This document shows, piece by piece, positions 26,671 to 35,779 of a DNA stretch of 55,187 nucleotides. Location of the stretch: the NCBI GenBank assembly GCA_947465505.1, contig CANIBN010000001.1, forward strand, positions 1 through 55,187, in the 5' to 3' direction. Position numbers and translations under genes: made by a program. Source of the DNA: Acidimicrobiales bacterium. GTDB lineage: Bacteria > Actinomycetota > Acidimicrobiia > Acidimicrobiales > Ilumatobacteraceae. The notes below the pieces were generated by a model, which did not search any database, was not told where the DNA came from, and was given only the letters and a program-made list of their open reading frames with translations. Each line of letters opens with the position of its first letter. Position 1 is the first letter of the stretch.

Positions 26671-29469
26671 GTGATGCCAATCGACCCGGACGACGACCTC
26701 CAGTCGCCGAGCCTTGCGAGGCTGCACCCGCAGTTCAAGGGCGACGCCCGCGTCTCAGAAATGATCCGGTCGTTCTGGCCGTTCACACGCGGCACACGAT
26801 CGCTCGGAACCGTGCAGATCGTCTTGTCCGTCGCGTTCTTTGTCTGCACCGCCCTGCTGCCGCTACAGATCGGCAACCTGCTCTCGACTGCTCTCAGTTC
26901 GGCCCAGACGGACCGCCAGGTTCGCCAGTACGTCCTCGACCCCGCTGCCGTACAACGTTCCACTCAGACGATGCTGAAGCCCGAGCTAGCAACGCCCGAG
27001 GAGATCCGGGCCGCCGCGCTGGCAATCACGGCCACCGAGGACCAGATCCGTCTCAACGGCGCCGACGAATTGCTCGATGCGCTCTTTCCGCACGGGTTGA
27101 CCTACCGGACCAAGGACCTTGCCGGAATCGACGAGCCCACGACCGAGTGGGAACTCACGGTGAGCAAGTTGTTCAGCCTCCCAAGGCTGTCAAGAACCGA
27201 GGTTGAAGACCTCCGGGACTCCGCAATCAGTTCGAAGACCCGTTCGAGCACTCAGGCGTTTGCGTTCACGGTCAACACGTTGCTCGTCGACCAATCGGCG
27301 AAGAGCCAGCGAGAGGACTGGCGCAATCATCGATTCACCTTCGAACTCGCACGGTTCGGCGCGCTGGTCGGACTCATTGTCGTGCTCCGCGTTGTCGCAC
27401 TCCTGCTCGCCCAGCGCAGCACGCTGTCGAGTGCACGCCGCTTGCAGGATGCAATCTTCGCGAGGGTTCACGACACGGCGTTGGTGGACGCAGGCGCACT
27501 CGCCAGGCCAAGCATGGTGAGCCGGTGCTCCTCGTACGTCGACAACGTGCAAAAGGCATTGCTCAAGGCACAGACCGAGGGGGTCGCCGACCTGGCGGCA
27601 CTTGTGCTGTCGGTCGGCTTCCTCGTCTATATCGATCGCCCAGTTGCACTGTTGATGATCGGGGTCATTGCGCTCTTCGAGATCACACGCCACCTCATCT
27701 CCGGGCGTTGGTCCCGGACCGCCCACGAGCGTCTCGACCTCAACACCTCGCTGAGCGAGGTTGTCGACGGGGCGATTGCTGTCTCTGACGGCATACGCGC
27801 CACGCGCACCGAGGCGGCGGCCCGCGGCACGTTCTCGGGTCGGGCCCAGGCGGTCATGCGCAAGACGAAGCGACTCGAGATCTTCGGCGAGGCATTCCGG
27901 ATCTCGGCCTTCGGCCTCGGACAGTTCAGCGTTCTCACCGTGATCGCCATCGTGGGCTTCGCCCGGCGTGACATCACCCTTGCCCACGCCACTGCCGTGG
28001 TGCTCTACGTGCGTGAGGTTGCGTCGTCGCTCGAACGCCTGCCCGGGATGATTGTCCAACTCCAGGAAACCGCTCCCTACATGCGACGGCTTCGACGGGT
28101 CCTTGCGGCTCCGCTTCGCCGGGTGGAACCGGTGACTCCACAACCATTCCCGGTTGCTCCGGTAGCGCTGACCTTTGATCACGTCGGGAAGGTGTACCCG
28201 GACGACTCACCGGGTTGCGAGGACGTCTCGTTCACTGCACGACGAGGGTCATGGACCTACCTCGTCGGCACGAGCGGAAGCGGCATCTCCTCCGTTCTGG
28301 AACTCGCAACCGGCTTGGAGCATCCGAACCTCGGCACCGTAAGCATCGACGTCACCGACCTCAGCCGAATCCCGCATGCGACGCTCTCCGAGCACCTTGC
28401 CGTGCTCCCCGAGTTCCCGTCGGTGTTCGAGGGAACCGTTGCAGCGAACCTCACGGTGAACTGTGGGGTCGTCGATGAGGAGGAACTCGAACGAGTCGTC
28501 CGTGTCGTCGGACTAGAGCCTTGGGTAGGCACGCTCGAGAGCGGCCTCCAGACACTCATCGGTCTGCCGCGCCGAACCCTCGACATCGACATCCGAGTAC
28601 GCCTCACCCTTGCGAGGATGGTGCTGAGCCGGGCGGACGTCGTCATCTTGGTGGACCCGAGCCGCTATCTCGACCGCGAGGTCGCCGACGAACTCTGGGC
28701 GCTGATGCACCGGACGTTCGAGGACCGACTGGTTCTGGCCAGCACCGAGCGGCTCGACCGACTGTCTGACGAGGAAACAGTGCTGTGTTTCCGCAGCGGA
28801 ACCGTGCTCGAGCGGGGCACTGTCAAAGAACTCCGAGCGCGCGACGGTCTGTTCACGGCGCTCTGGAAACGCTTTGTCGATGGCGCCGAGCAGTACGAGG
28901 AACTCGCTGCCATTCCTGCCCTTGCCGGCCTGTCGGCCGAGTCCCTGCGCGACCTGTCCTCCCGACTCGTCACCGAACGCTTCGCGGCCGGTGAGACCGT
29001 CTTCAGCACCGGATCCCCTGCTGAACGCGTGTACGTCGTCGTAGATGGTGTGGTCGATGTCCTCGACGACGCGGGTCGTTCCGAGACCATACGGACGGGT
29101 TCGCACTTCGGCGACATGGACGCGCAATCCAACGACGTGAGGACCTCGACTGCCCGGGCGCGCACCGACCTCGTGGTCCGCAGTCTCCACCGGCTCAGCA
29201 TTTCGCGCGGGCTCTCTGGCATCCTCGACCGACCGGACGGCGAGCGGGTGCTCTTCACCTGGCTGACGCGGCACGGCTCTGCAACTCGCAGCGAACTCAA
29301 CCAACTCGACGACCGCATCGATGTGAACGAGGCGCTCACGGGTCTTCTGGCAAGCGGCATGCTCCTTTCCGGAACCGACGCGGGCGGGGAGACCACCTAT
29401 CGGGTGAGCGGCGCGCGCCGTCAGCGGGCGCGCTCGACAGCGCTGCTCGATTCGTTGTTCAACGACTAG
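26671..29469 (+). CDS. ABC-exporter-like membrane protein with a degenerate (non-catalytic) NBD, fused to a cyclic-nucleotide-binding domain and a winged-helix-like C-terminus
   Basis: The transmembrane domain is of the type I exporter kind, with an insert of about 150 aa after TM1. Walker A is GTSGSGISS (Lys to Ile). The signature is LDIDI instead of LSGGQ. Walker B is VVILVDP (no catalytic Glu). The H-loop is absent (ASTERL). The CNB domain reads GETVFSTGSPAERVYVVVDGVV...FGDMDAQSNDVRTSTARA. The tail is LTRHGSATRSELNQL...ALTGLLASGMLLS...TYRVS. Confidence 0.75.
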   Translation: MMPIDPDDDLQSPSLARLHPQFKGDARVSEMIRSFWPFTRGTRSLGTVQIVLSVAFFVCTALLPLQIGNLLSTALSSAQTDRQVRQYVLDPAAVQRSTQTMLKPELATPEEIRAAALAITATEDQIRLNGADELLDALFPHGLTYRTKDLAGIDEPTTEWELTVSKLFSLPRLSRTEVEDLRDSAISSKTRSSTQAFAFTVNTLLVDQSAKSQREDWRNHRFTFELARFGALVGLIVVLRVVALLLAQRSTLSSARRLQDAIFARVHDTALVDAGALARPSMVSRCSSYVDNVQKALLKAQTEGVADLAALVLSVGFLVYIDRPVALLMIGVIALFEITRHLISGRWSRTAHERLDLNTSLSEVVDGAIAVSDGIRATRTEAAARGTFSGRAQAVMRKTKRLEIFGEAFRISAFGLGQFSVLTVIAIVGFARRDITLAHATAVVLYVREVASSLERLPGMIVQLQETAPYMRRLRRVLAAPLRRVEPVTPQPFPVAPVALTFDHVGKVYPDDSPGCEDVSFTARRGSWTYLVGTSGSGISSVLELATGLEHPNLGTVSIDVTDLSRIPHATLSEHLAVLPEFPSVFEGTVAANLTVNCGVVDEEELERVVRVVGLEPWVGTLESGLQTLIGLPRRTLDIDIRVRLTLARMVLSRADVVILVDPSRYLDREVADELWALMHRTFEDRLVLASTERLDRLSDEETVLCFRSGTVLERGTVKELRARDGLFTALWKRFVDGAEQYEELAAIPALAGLSAESLRDLSSRLVTERFAAGETVFSTGSPAERVYVVVDGVVDVLDDAGRSETIRTGSHFGDMDAQSNDVRTSTARARTDLVVRSLHRLSISRGLSGILDRPDGERVLFTWLTRHGSATRSELNQLDDRIDVNEALTGLLASGMLLSGTDAGGETTYRVSGARRQRARSTALLDSLFND

Positions 29470-30194
29470 TGCAGGTTGCGGTCGAACAGCCCGAGCAACT
29501 CGCGCCAGTGGCGTCGATCGGCATTGCGGTCGTAGGCAGGGCGATCGTCGAAGGCAAAGCCGTGGTGCATTCCCCAATAACGCTCGACTCGTCCCCGAGC
29601 ATCAACAGCTTGCATGGCCGCCTCGTAGCGGTCGATCATCTCGAGGGGCACCCAGTCGTCAAACTCCGCAGCACCCACGTAGATCTCACCGTTGGTCTCG
29701 GTGAGGCGATGGTGCGGTGAGTCGCTCTTGTCGACGTGCAGCCGCACCCCGTAGAACGACGCCACAGCACGCACCTGAGTCGCGTACTCGGCGGCGCTCC
29801 AGAGTGCGAACGGACCGCTCATGCAGTAGCCGACGATGCCTACACGAGTGGCGTTCGCCATCGGATCGGTAGCGGCATGTGCGAGCAACGCTCCAACGTC
29901 ACGAGCCACCATTCGGTTGCCCACGTTCCTCATCAGCTCACCCATTCGGGCGAGCGAGTCCTCGCTGGACCAGTCGAGCTCGAAGGCTGGGGTGGTGCGG
30001 TAATACAGGTTGGGGAGCATCACGAAATAACCGTGACTTGCGATGCGGCACGCCATTGCGTGCAACAGAGGACGCTTCCCCGGGGCGTCCATCAAGAACA
30101 CCACCACCGGGTGCGGGCCGGCATCGTCTGGGTGCACCACGAAGGTGCCCATCGGACCCTCGCCGGTCTCGAGCAATCGTTCCTCTTCTGCCAT
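29466..30194 (-). CDS. Dienelactone hydrolase family protein
   Basis: Reads MAEEERLLETGEGPMGTFVVHPDDAGPHPVVVFLMDAPG...GIVGYCMSGPFAL...HGF. I chose the ATG at 30194; the ORF extends to 30236. Confidence 0.85.
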   Translation of the reverse strand: MAEEERLLETGEGPMGTFVVHPDDAGPHPVVVFLMDAPGKRPLLHAMACRIASHGYFVMLPNLYYRTTPAFELDWSSEDSLARMGELMRNVGNRMVARDVGALLAHAATDPMANATRVGIVGYCMSGPFALWSAAEYATQVRAVASFYGVRLHVDKSDSPHHRLTETNGEIYVGAAEFDDWVPLEMIDRYEAAMQAVDARGRVERYWGMHHGFAFDDRPAYDRNADRRHWRELLGLFDRNLH

Positions 30195-30300
30195 GGCGGC
30201 AACGTAGCCCGGGGCACCAAAACACCTTCGGACCACCTATTGTGTTCCTGTGCGCACTCGCAGTGAGTCCAGCATTTCGGGGGAGGAGCGACTGACCCGG

Positions 30301-32898
30301 ATGCTCCGTGCCCTGTGGACCGTCTGGCTTCTCGCAGCGGTGAGCACCACGTCCCTCCTCACCGTGCCGAGCAGGTCGGCATCTGCAGCACCGTCGGCGC
30401 CCCCGCCGGCGCGCCGCTCGCCCGTCCACCACCCACGGGGGACGAACCGTTTGATCGTGCGCTTGGGTGCCGGCACCGGCGGTTCCACGCTCGGCGCCGT
30501 GCACGCCGCTTCGGCCGCCGGCGTCAAGGTGGCGGGGGCCAGGGTTCTCAGCCGCACCACCAGCGTCGTGCTCACACTCCCCGAACGGCTTGAGGGCGAT
30601 GCACTCGACGCCGCGATCACGGCGGTCGCCGCCGAGCCCGGGGTTGTCTCGGTGGAACCGTCGCGTCGCATGTATGCGAGCTCTCTCCCCAACGATCCCT
30701 ATTACTCCGACCAGTGGAACCTGCGGGCCAACACCTCCAACAACTACGGGGCAAACGTCGCTCCTGGCTGGGATGTCACCACCGGCAGTGCCGAGGTGGT
30801 GGTTGCAGTCATCGATACCGGCATCACCGATCACCCCGACCTCGACGGGCGCGTGCTGCCCGGCTACGACTTCATCGGCGACGTTGATACGGCGAACGAC
30901 GGCGACGGCCGCGACAGCGATGCGCACGACCCCGGCGACTGGATCGCCCCGTACGAGACCGTTGCGGGTGCTGCATTCGCTGGCTGCGCATCCGATGACA
31001 GTTCATGGCACGGATCACACGTCGCAGGCATCATCGCCGCCACTGGCAACAATTCCATCGGCATTGCCGGTGTGGACTGGGGCGTGAAGATCCTCCCGCT
31101 GCGCGTCCTCGGCAAGTGCGGTGGTGATAACGGTGACGTGATCGACGCCATGCGCTGGGCCGTTGGCATCGACATCAGTGGAGTCCCGCACAACGCGAAC
31201 CCGGCCAAGGTGGTCAACATCAGCCTGGGCGGACGAACAGGTTCCTGCAGTTTCGCCATGCAACAGGCCATCAACGACGTCATTGCGGCCGGCGCCGTGG
31301 TGGTCACAGCGGCCGGAAACGATGGCGAGCCCGCGTCGACCAACGAACCGGGAAACTGCTCCGGAGTCATCAACGTGGCTGCCACCGGCAAGTACGGCGA
31401 ACGCGCTTCCTACAGCAACTACGGCAGCGCTGTCACTCTTGCGGCACCCGGCGGTGGCGATTTCGACTGGGGTATCCGCTCCACCGTCAATGCCAGCAAG
31501 ACCTCCCCCACTGTCGGCACCTACCGGAACTTTCAGGGCACCAGCATGGCGGCACCGCACGTCGCCGGCGCGGTGTCGCTCCTGCTGTCCCTTGCCCCCA
31601 CGCTGACGCCCAACCAGACCCGAACGGTGCTCACGTCCAGTGCTACCGCGTTCCCGACCACCGGCACCTACAGCACCTGCAGCGGCCGATGCGGGGCGGG
31701 GGTGTTGAACGTTCAGGCCGCGCTCATCGTGGCCGGCAACCTCCGCCCCCCCGGCGCGCCGACTGCGCTCCAAGCCATCCCCGCGCCGGGAAGTGTGACG
31801 CTCTCGTGGGAGGCGCCCGTCGATACCGGCGGCACCGACATCGTGGACTACCGAATCCAGCGATCGACCAACGGTGGGGTCTCGTGGGCAACCGTCCGGG
31901 ACAGCACGAGTCCGCTGACGGGGGCCACGATTACCGGCCTCACGAATGGCGCCACCTACACGTTCCGCGTCGCGGCGATCAACCGCGTCACCGTCGGCGA
32001 CTGGTCGCTCTCCGCCGCCGCTACGCCGGCAACCGTCCCGGGACGTGCACGATCGTTCGTCGCACGCCGAGGCGACCAGCGCGTCTCGCTGTCGTGGCGC
32101 AAGCCGGTCAGCACCGGTGGTGCGGCGATTCAGCATTACTCCATCGAGGAGTCAACAGACGGCGTGCAGTGGAACGAGATCGTCCAGGTACCCGGCACGT
32201 CAACTGCCACGACCGTGCTCGGCCTCATCAACGGTGTGCGATATCGCTTCCGCGTTACTGCCGTGAATCAGGCGGGGGCCGGCACGCGGTCCACGCTCGC
32301 ATCTGCCACTCCCCTGTCGGTTCCCGGTGTCCCCGGGAACCTCGATGGCACGCCAACAAATCGATCGGTGGCGCTCACCTGGACGGCGCCGCTCACCGAC
32401 GGGGGCACTCGAATCACGCGCTACATCGTTCAACGCTCTCGCGATGGTGGCAGCACCTGGACCACGCTCCTGCGGGGAACCTCGCTCAACCCGGCACAAC
32501 TGGTGAAGTACCTAGAGAACGGGCGTGACTACGTCTTCCGGGTTGCCGCTCGCAACTCGCTCGGTCGGGGGCCGTGGTCGATCCCGTTTACCGCGAGGCC
32601 GCGCACCACCGCCTCTGCGCCGCTTGCCGTCACCGTGACCGCCGGTAACAGTGAGGTGTTGGTGTCGTGGTCTGCGCCGAAGTCCACAGGCGGATCCGAG
32701 ATCACCGCCTACCAGATTGAGGTATCGACCGACGGTCTTACCTGGTCACCCGCCGGCACGACGGCCGACGGGGCCGCGCGCTCGTTCACCGCAAGCGCAC
32801 TTGTCAACGACGCGTCGTACCGGTTCCGCGTTGCCGCAGTGAATGCGGCGGGCACGGGGTCATTCAGCGACCCGCGCACCGCCACACCACACGTCTAA
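30301..32898 (+). CDS. Secreted S8 (subtilisin-like) serine peptidase with an I9 propeptide and four C-terminal fibronectin type III domains
   Basis: The signal is MLRALWTVWLLAAVSTTSLL. The catalytic residues are in VAVIDTGI, WHGSHVAGII and GTSMAAPHVAG. Four FN3-like units of about 95 aa follow (...LSWEAPVDTGGTDIVDYRIQ...YTFRVAAIN...). The alternative GTG start at 30250 cannot be excluded. Confidence 0.9.
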   Translation: MLRALWTVWLLAAVSTTSLLTVPSRSASAAPSAPPPARRSPVHHPRGTNRLIVRLGAGTGGSTLGAVHAASAAGVKVAGARVLSRTTSVVLTLPERLEGDALDAAITAVAAEPGVVSVEPSRRMYASSLPNDPYYSDQWNLRANTSNNYGANVAPGWDVTTGSAEVVVAVIDTGITDHPDLDGRVLPGYDFIGDVDTANDGDGRDSDAHDPGDWIAPYETVAGAAFAGCASDDSSWHGSHVAGIIAATGNNSIGIAGVDWGVKILPLRVLGKCGGDNGDVIDAMRWAVGIDISGVPHNANPAKVVNISLGGRTGSCSFAMQQAINDVIAAGAVVVTAAGNDGEPASTNEPGNCSGVINVAATGKYGERASYSNYGSAVTLAAPGGGDFDWGIRSTVNASKTSPTVGTYRNFQGTSMAAPHVAGAVSLLLSLAPTLTPNQTRTVLTSSATAFPTTGTYSTCSGRCGAGVLNVQAALIVAGNLRPPGAPTALQAIPAPGSVTLSWEAPVDTGGTDIVDYRIQRSTNGGVSWATVRDSTSPLTGATITGLTNGATYTFRVAAINRVTVGDWSLSAAATPATVPGRARSFVARRGDQRVSLSWRKPVSTGGAAIQHYSIEESTDGVQWNEIVQVPGTSTATTVLGLINGVRYRFRVTAVNQAGAGTRSTLASATPLSVPGVPGNLDGTPTNRSVALTWTAPLTDGGTRITRYIVQRSRDGGSTWTTLLRGTSLNPAQLVKYLENGRDYVFRVAARNSLGRGPWSIPFTARPRTTASAPLAVTVTAGNSEVLVSWSAPKSTGGSEITAYQIEVSTDGLTWSPAGTTADGAARSFTASALVNDASYRFRVAAVNAAGTGSFSDPRTATPHV

Positions 32899-32899
32899 C

Positions 32900-33667
32900 T
32901 CAGGAGCCCGACCACTCCGGTGCACGCTTCTCGGCGAATGCCTTCGGGCCTTCCTTCGCGTCGTTCGACGTGAAGACCGTCTTTTGCAGCGGCTCCTGGA
33001 TCTTGTAGAACTCGTCCTCGGTGATGCCAATGGCGGCACGCACGAGTTGCTTCGAGGCAGCAACGGCGAGCGGCGCGTTCTTCGCCACTCGCTGAGCGAG
33101 CTCCAGCGCAACATCGACGGCACTGCCCTTCGGCGCAACGCGGGCAACGAGACCGAGCGCGTTTGCCTCTTCGGCAAGGATCGGGTCGCCGGTAATTGCC
33201 ATCTCCATGGCACGACCGAAGCCGACACGGCTGGGAAGGCGCACGAGCCCACCGCCAGCGGCAAACAGACCGACCGCTACCTCAGGGATGCCGAGCTTGG
33301 CGCCCTCGGCGGCAACGAGCAGGTCACAGCTGAGCGCAAGCTCGAGACCACCGGCGAGGGCAAAGCCCTCGATGGCTCCGATAAGCGGCTTCTTCGAGCC
33401 GTTCTGGATGAACGTCATCATCGGGCCGATGTCCTCCCCGCGGGCAAAGGCCTTGAGGTCCATGCCGGCAGAGAAGCCACGACCTGCACCGGTGAGCACA
33501 CCAGCAGTCAGACCGGGATCGGAGTCGAGACGCTGCACAGCAGCCCACAGCCCGTGTGACAGGGCACCGTTGATCGAGTTCATCGCCTCAGGGCGGTTCA
33601 GGGTGATCAGCAGCACGCGTCCGCGCTGTTCGGTCAGGACGGCATCGTTCTGGGCAGCGTCGCTCAT
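32900..33667 (-). CDS. Enoyl-CoA hydratase/isomerase (crotonase) family
   Basis: Reads VLLITLNRPEAMNSI...LTGAGRGFSAGMDLK...AIEGFALAGGLELALSCDL. A GAGGAG Shine-Dalgarno lies 6 nt upstream of ATG 33667; the ORF extends to 33724. Confidence 0.9.
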   Translation of the reverse strand: MSDAAQNDAVLTEQRGRVLLITLNRPEAMNSINGALSHGLWAAVQRLDSDPGLTAGVLTGAGRGFSAGMDLKAFARGEDIGPMMTFIQNGSKKPLIGAIEGFALAGGLELALSCDLLVAAEGAKLGIPEVAVGLFAAGGGLVRLPSRVGFGRAMEMAITGDPILAEEANALGLVARVAPKGSAVDVALELAQRVAKNAPLAVAASKQLVRAAIGITEDEFYKIQEPLQKTVFTSNDAKEGPKAFAEKRAPEWSGS

Positions 33668-33755
33668 GACGTTCTCCTCGTGTGTCGGGCGCTGTGGAGC
33701 GTCCGGTCTGATGGGCTCGGCCACACGGCCGACGCAGGCACGCTAGCGTTCGGCC

Positions 33756-34799
33756 ATGCGAGCAGTCGTCCTCCAAGGCCATCGTTCCGTCTCCGTCGAG
33801 AACGTCCCCGATCCTGTCCTCCTGGGGCCCGACAGCGCCATCGTTGCGGTGGACCGCACCGCAATCTGCGGCAGCGACCTGCACCTGTACCACGGCGAGA
33901 TTGGCGGCCAGGGAATCCAGCTCGGTCACGAGTTCGTCGGCACGATCGTCGAGACCGGCCCCGAGGTGCGCCGGGTGAAGAAGGGCGACCGCGTCATCGT
34001 GTCTGCCGTGGTCGGGTGTGGCCACTGCAACGCATGCCTCAGTCGAGACCCTGTGCTGTGTACCGGTGGTGGCCCCCGTGTGTTTGGCACCACGCTCGAG
34101 TTCCACGGCGGCCAGTCCGAACTGTGCGCGGTTCCTGGTGCCGACGCGTTCTGTCTGCCGATCCCCGAGAACGTCACCGTCGACCAGTCGGTGCTCCTCA
34201 CCGACATTTTGCCCACGGGATTCACCGGAGCGATGAACGCCAACATCACCCCCGGCTCCACCGTTGCAGTGTTCGGCCTCGGACCCGTCGGCGTGTTCGC
34301 GTTGCAGACGGCCAAGCTCTACGGACCGTCTCGAATCCTCGCCGTCGACCGACTGCCACAGCGTCTTGCCCGTGCCGCCGAACTCGGCGCAGAGCCCATC
34401 GACGCGTCGGACGGTCAGGCAGTGGCGAAGATTCTCGAGGCCACCAAGGGCATCGGCGTGAACTCGGCCATCGAGGCTGTTGGTGCCGATGCCACCATCA
34501 CCGACGCCATCATGTCCGTCGCGGCCGGCGGCACCGTCTCGGTCATCGGCGTGAACATGAACATGGAGTTCCCGTACCCCATGCCCCTTGCGTTCATGAA
34601 GCGACTCACGCTCAAGGCAGCGCTCGTGTCGGTTCCCGGCACGTGGGACCATCTCGTCCCGCTCATTGCGAGCGGCAAACTGCACCCCGAGCAGGTGTTC
34701 ACGCACCAACTCGGTCTGTCGCAGGCCGCCGAGGGCTACCGCATCTTCGACAACCGTGAAGACGGTGTGCTCAAGGTGCTGCTGGATCCGTCGAAGTAG
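33756..34799 (+). CDS. Zinc-dependent alcohol dehydrogenase (MDR superfamily)
   Basis: Contains AICGSDLHLYHG, GHEFVGTIVETG, CGHCNACLS and VFGLGPVGV. Confidence 0.9.
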   Translation: MRAVVLQGHRSVSVENVPDPVLLGPDSAIVAVDRTAICGSDLHLYHGEIGGQGIQLGHEFVGTIVETGPEVRRVKKGDRVIVSAVVGCGHCNACLSRDPVLCTGGGPRVFGTTLEFHGGQSELCAVPGADAFCLPIPENVTVDQSVLLTDILPTGFTGAMNANITPGSTVAVFGLGPVGVFALQTAKLYGPSRILAVDRLPQRLARAAELGAEPIDASDGQAVAKILEATKGIGVNSAIEAVGADATITDAIMSVAAGGTVSVIGVNMNMEFPYPMPLAFMKRLTLKAALVSVPGTWDHLVPLIASGKLHPEQVFTHQLGLSQAAEGYRIFDNREDGVLKVLLDPSK

Positions 34800-35589
34800 T
34801 CGACTGCGTGTCCTGCCATCGGCGCAGGATCCCCGAGCCCTGCGCATAGGCAAGTTCGTAACAACGACGCGCACGGTCGAGGTCGAACAGGTTCATCGGC
34901 AAACGGGCGAGGCCGGCGATCGCACGGTTCGGACGGATCAGCCAGAATCGACCGGAGGGATTCGCCGCCTGCCAGTGCTTCACCTCTCTGCGCAGCACGC
35001 GTTCGGCGAGTGCGCCAGCGGGGCCAAACATCGGACCGGCTATGGGTGCGAGGACGAGCAGATTGTCGGCCGCATCGGCGCGATCGGCAGACACCATCGA
35101 GCGCAGACCGCCGTCGACGTAGAGGGTGCCGCCCACACGGTGGGGGGCCAGCAGGCCGGGCACCGCAGACGACGCAGCGATGAGGTCCGCCGCCGGGTAC
35201 TGCGCGCCGCTCAACACGACTCGCTGAAGTTTCGGTAGCGAGCAGACCACGGCCCGCATGCCCGGTACTCGGCGTTCGCCGAAGATCTCGGCGGCGACGG
35301 AACGCAGACGTCCCGCGCGGGGATCCGGCAGTCGGGGAACGTCGCCACCGATCACCTCAACCGCCTGTTCCCAACGAATGCCGAGTTCGAGCGCCGCAGC
35401 CGCCCAGGTACCGGCAGACGTAGCGATCGCGGGTGCGGGGCCGATCTTCACGCCGCCGTCCTCGAGGGCTTCCGACACTCCCAGCAGGTACGCGATGCCG
35501 AACAGTCCGCCACCGCCGAAACACAGCGCGAGAGGTTGACGCCCGTTCACCATCCCATTGTCCACCTCTTCACTGCTCCTACCCACCAC
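34771..35589 (-). CDS. Patatin-like phospholipase family protein
   Basis: Contains FGGGGLFGIAYLLG (oxyanion Gly-rich loop), ATSAGTW (a GxSxG-type serine elbow with Ala in first position) and LYVDGGLRS (the catalytic Asp motif). The start is 35589 or 35553. The gene overlaps the ADH 3' end by 29 nt. Confidence 0.8.
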   Translation of the reverse strand: MVGRSSEEVDNGMVNGRQPLALCFGGGGLFGIAYLLGVSEALEDGGVKIGPAPAIATSAGTWAAAALELGIRWEQAVEVIGGDVPRLPDPRAGRLRSVAAEIFGERRVPGMRAVVCSLPKLQRVVLSGAQYPAADLIAASSAVPGLLAPHRVGGTLYVDGGLRSMVSADRADAADNLLVLAPIAGPMFGPAGALAERVLRREVKHWQAANPSGRFWLIRPNRAIAGLARLPMNLFDLDRARRCYELAYAQGSGILRRWQDTQSTTSTDPAAP

Positions 35590-35630
35590 ATTGACTCAAT
35601 TCCCGCGTGAACACGCAGCGCTCGCACACA

Positions 35631-35696
35631 CTTACTCTCCGTGTGCTTTTACCTGAAGCAACCGCCGTGAGCAGCGGTTCCTCAAGTAAGAGTAAG
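35631..35696. promoter_or_regulatory. Imperfect extended hairpin in the lower-GC divergent intergenic region (possible leader or regulatory RNA structure)
   Basis: CTTACTCT (35631-38) pairs with AGAGTAAG (35689-96). Inside, AACCGC-CGTGAGCA-GCGGTT forms a nested stem, and TACCTGAAG pairs with CCTCAAGTA at 7 of 9 positions. The function and the transcribed strand are unknown. Confidence 0.3.
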
Positions 35697-35733
35697 GTAA
35701 GAAGGGCGCGAGCCCCCAGATATATAGACACAA

Positions 35734-35750
35734 AGTGACCCCTTGTCACT
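35734..35750. promoter_or_regulatory. Operator-like palindrome AGTGAC-N5-GTCACT, 30 nt upstream of the FtsH-like start and next to a TATATA box
   Basis: The inverted repeat is read directly from the sequence. TATATAG at 35721-35727 could be a -10 element. There is no experimental or comparative support. Confidence 0.25.
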
Positions 35751-35779
35751 CTGGGCGATATTCCTGTAGCGTCGTCGGT

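Noticed and set aside
23702-26680. 992-aa minus-strand ORF opposite the BVMO-esterase gene
   Set aside because: It has no recognisable motifs and an Arg/Gly/Val/His-rich composition. The plus strand carries complete BVMO and esterase motif sets. It is an antisense shadow. The same reasoning applies to 16310..17872(-), 18549..20318(-), 42132..43715(-), 46037..47218(-) and 50981..52735(+).
26671-35589. A cNMP-binding protein plus a patatin-like lipase as a CBASS-like cyclic-nucleotide defence system
   Set aside because: The two genes are about 5 kb apart, on different strands, with unrelated metabolic and protease genes between them. No CD-NTase or cyclase, and no phage-defence neighbours, are present.
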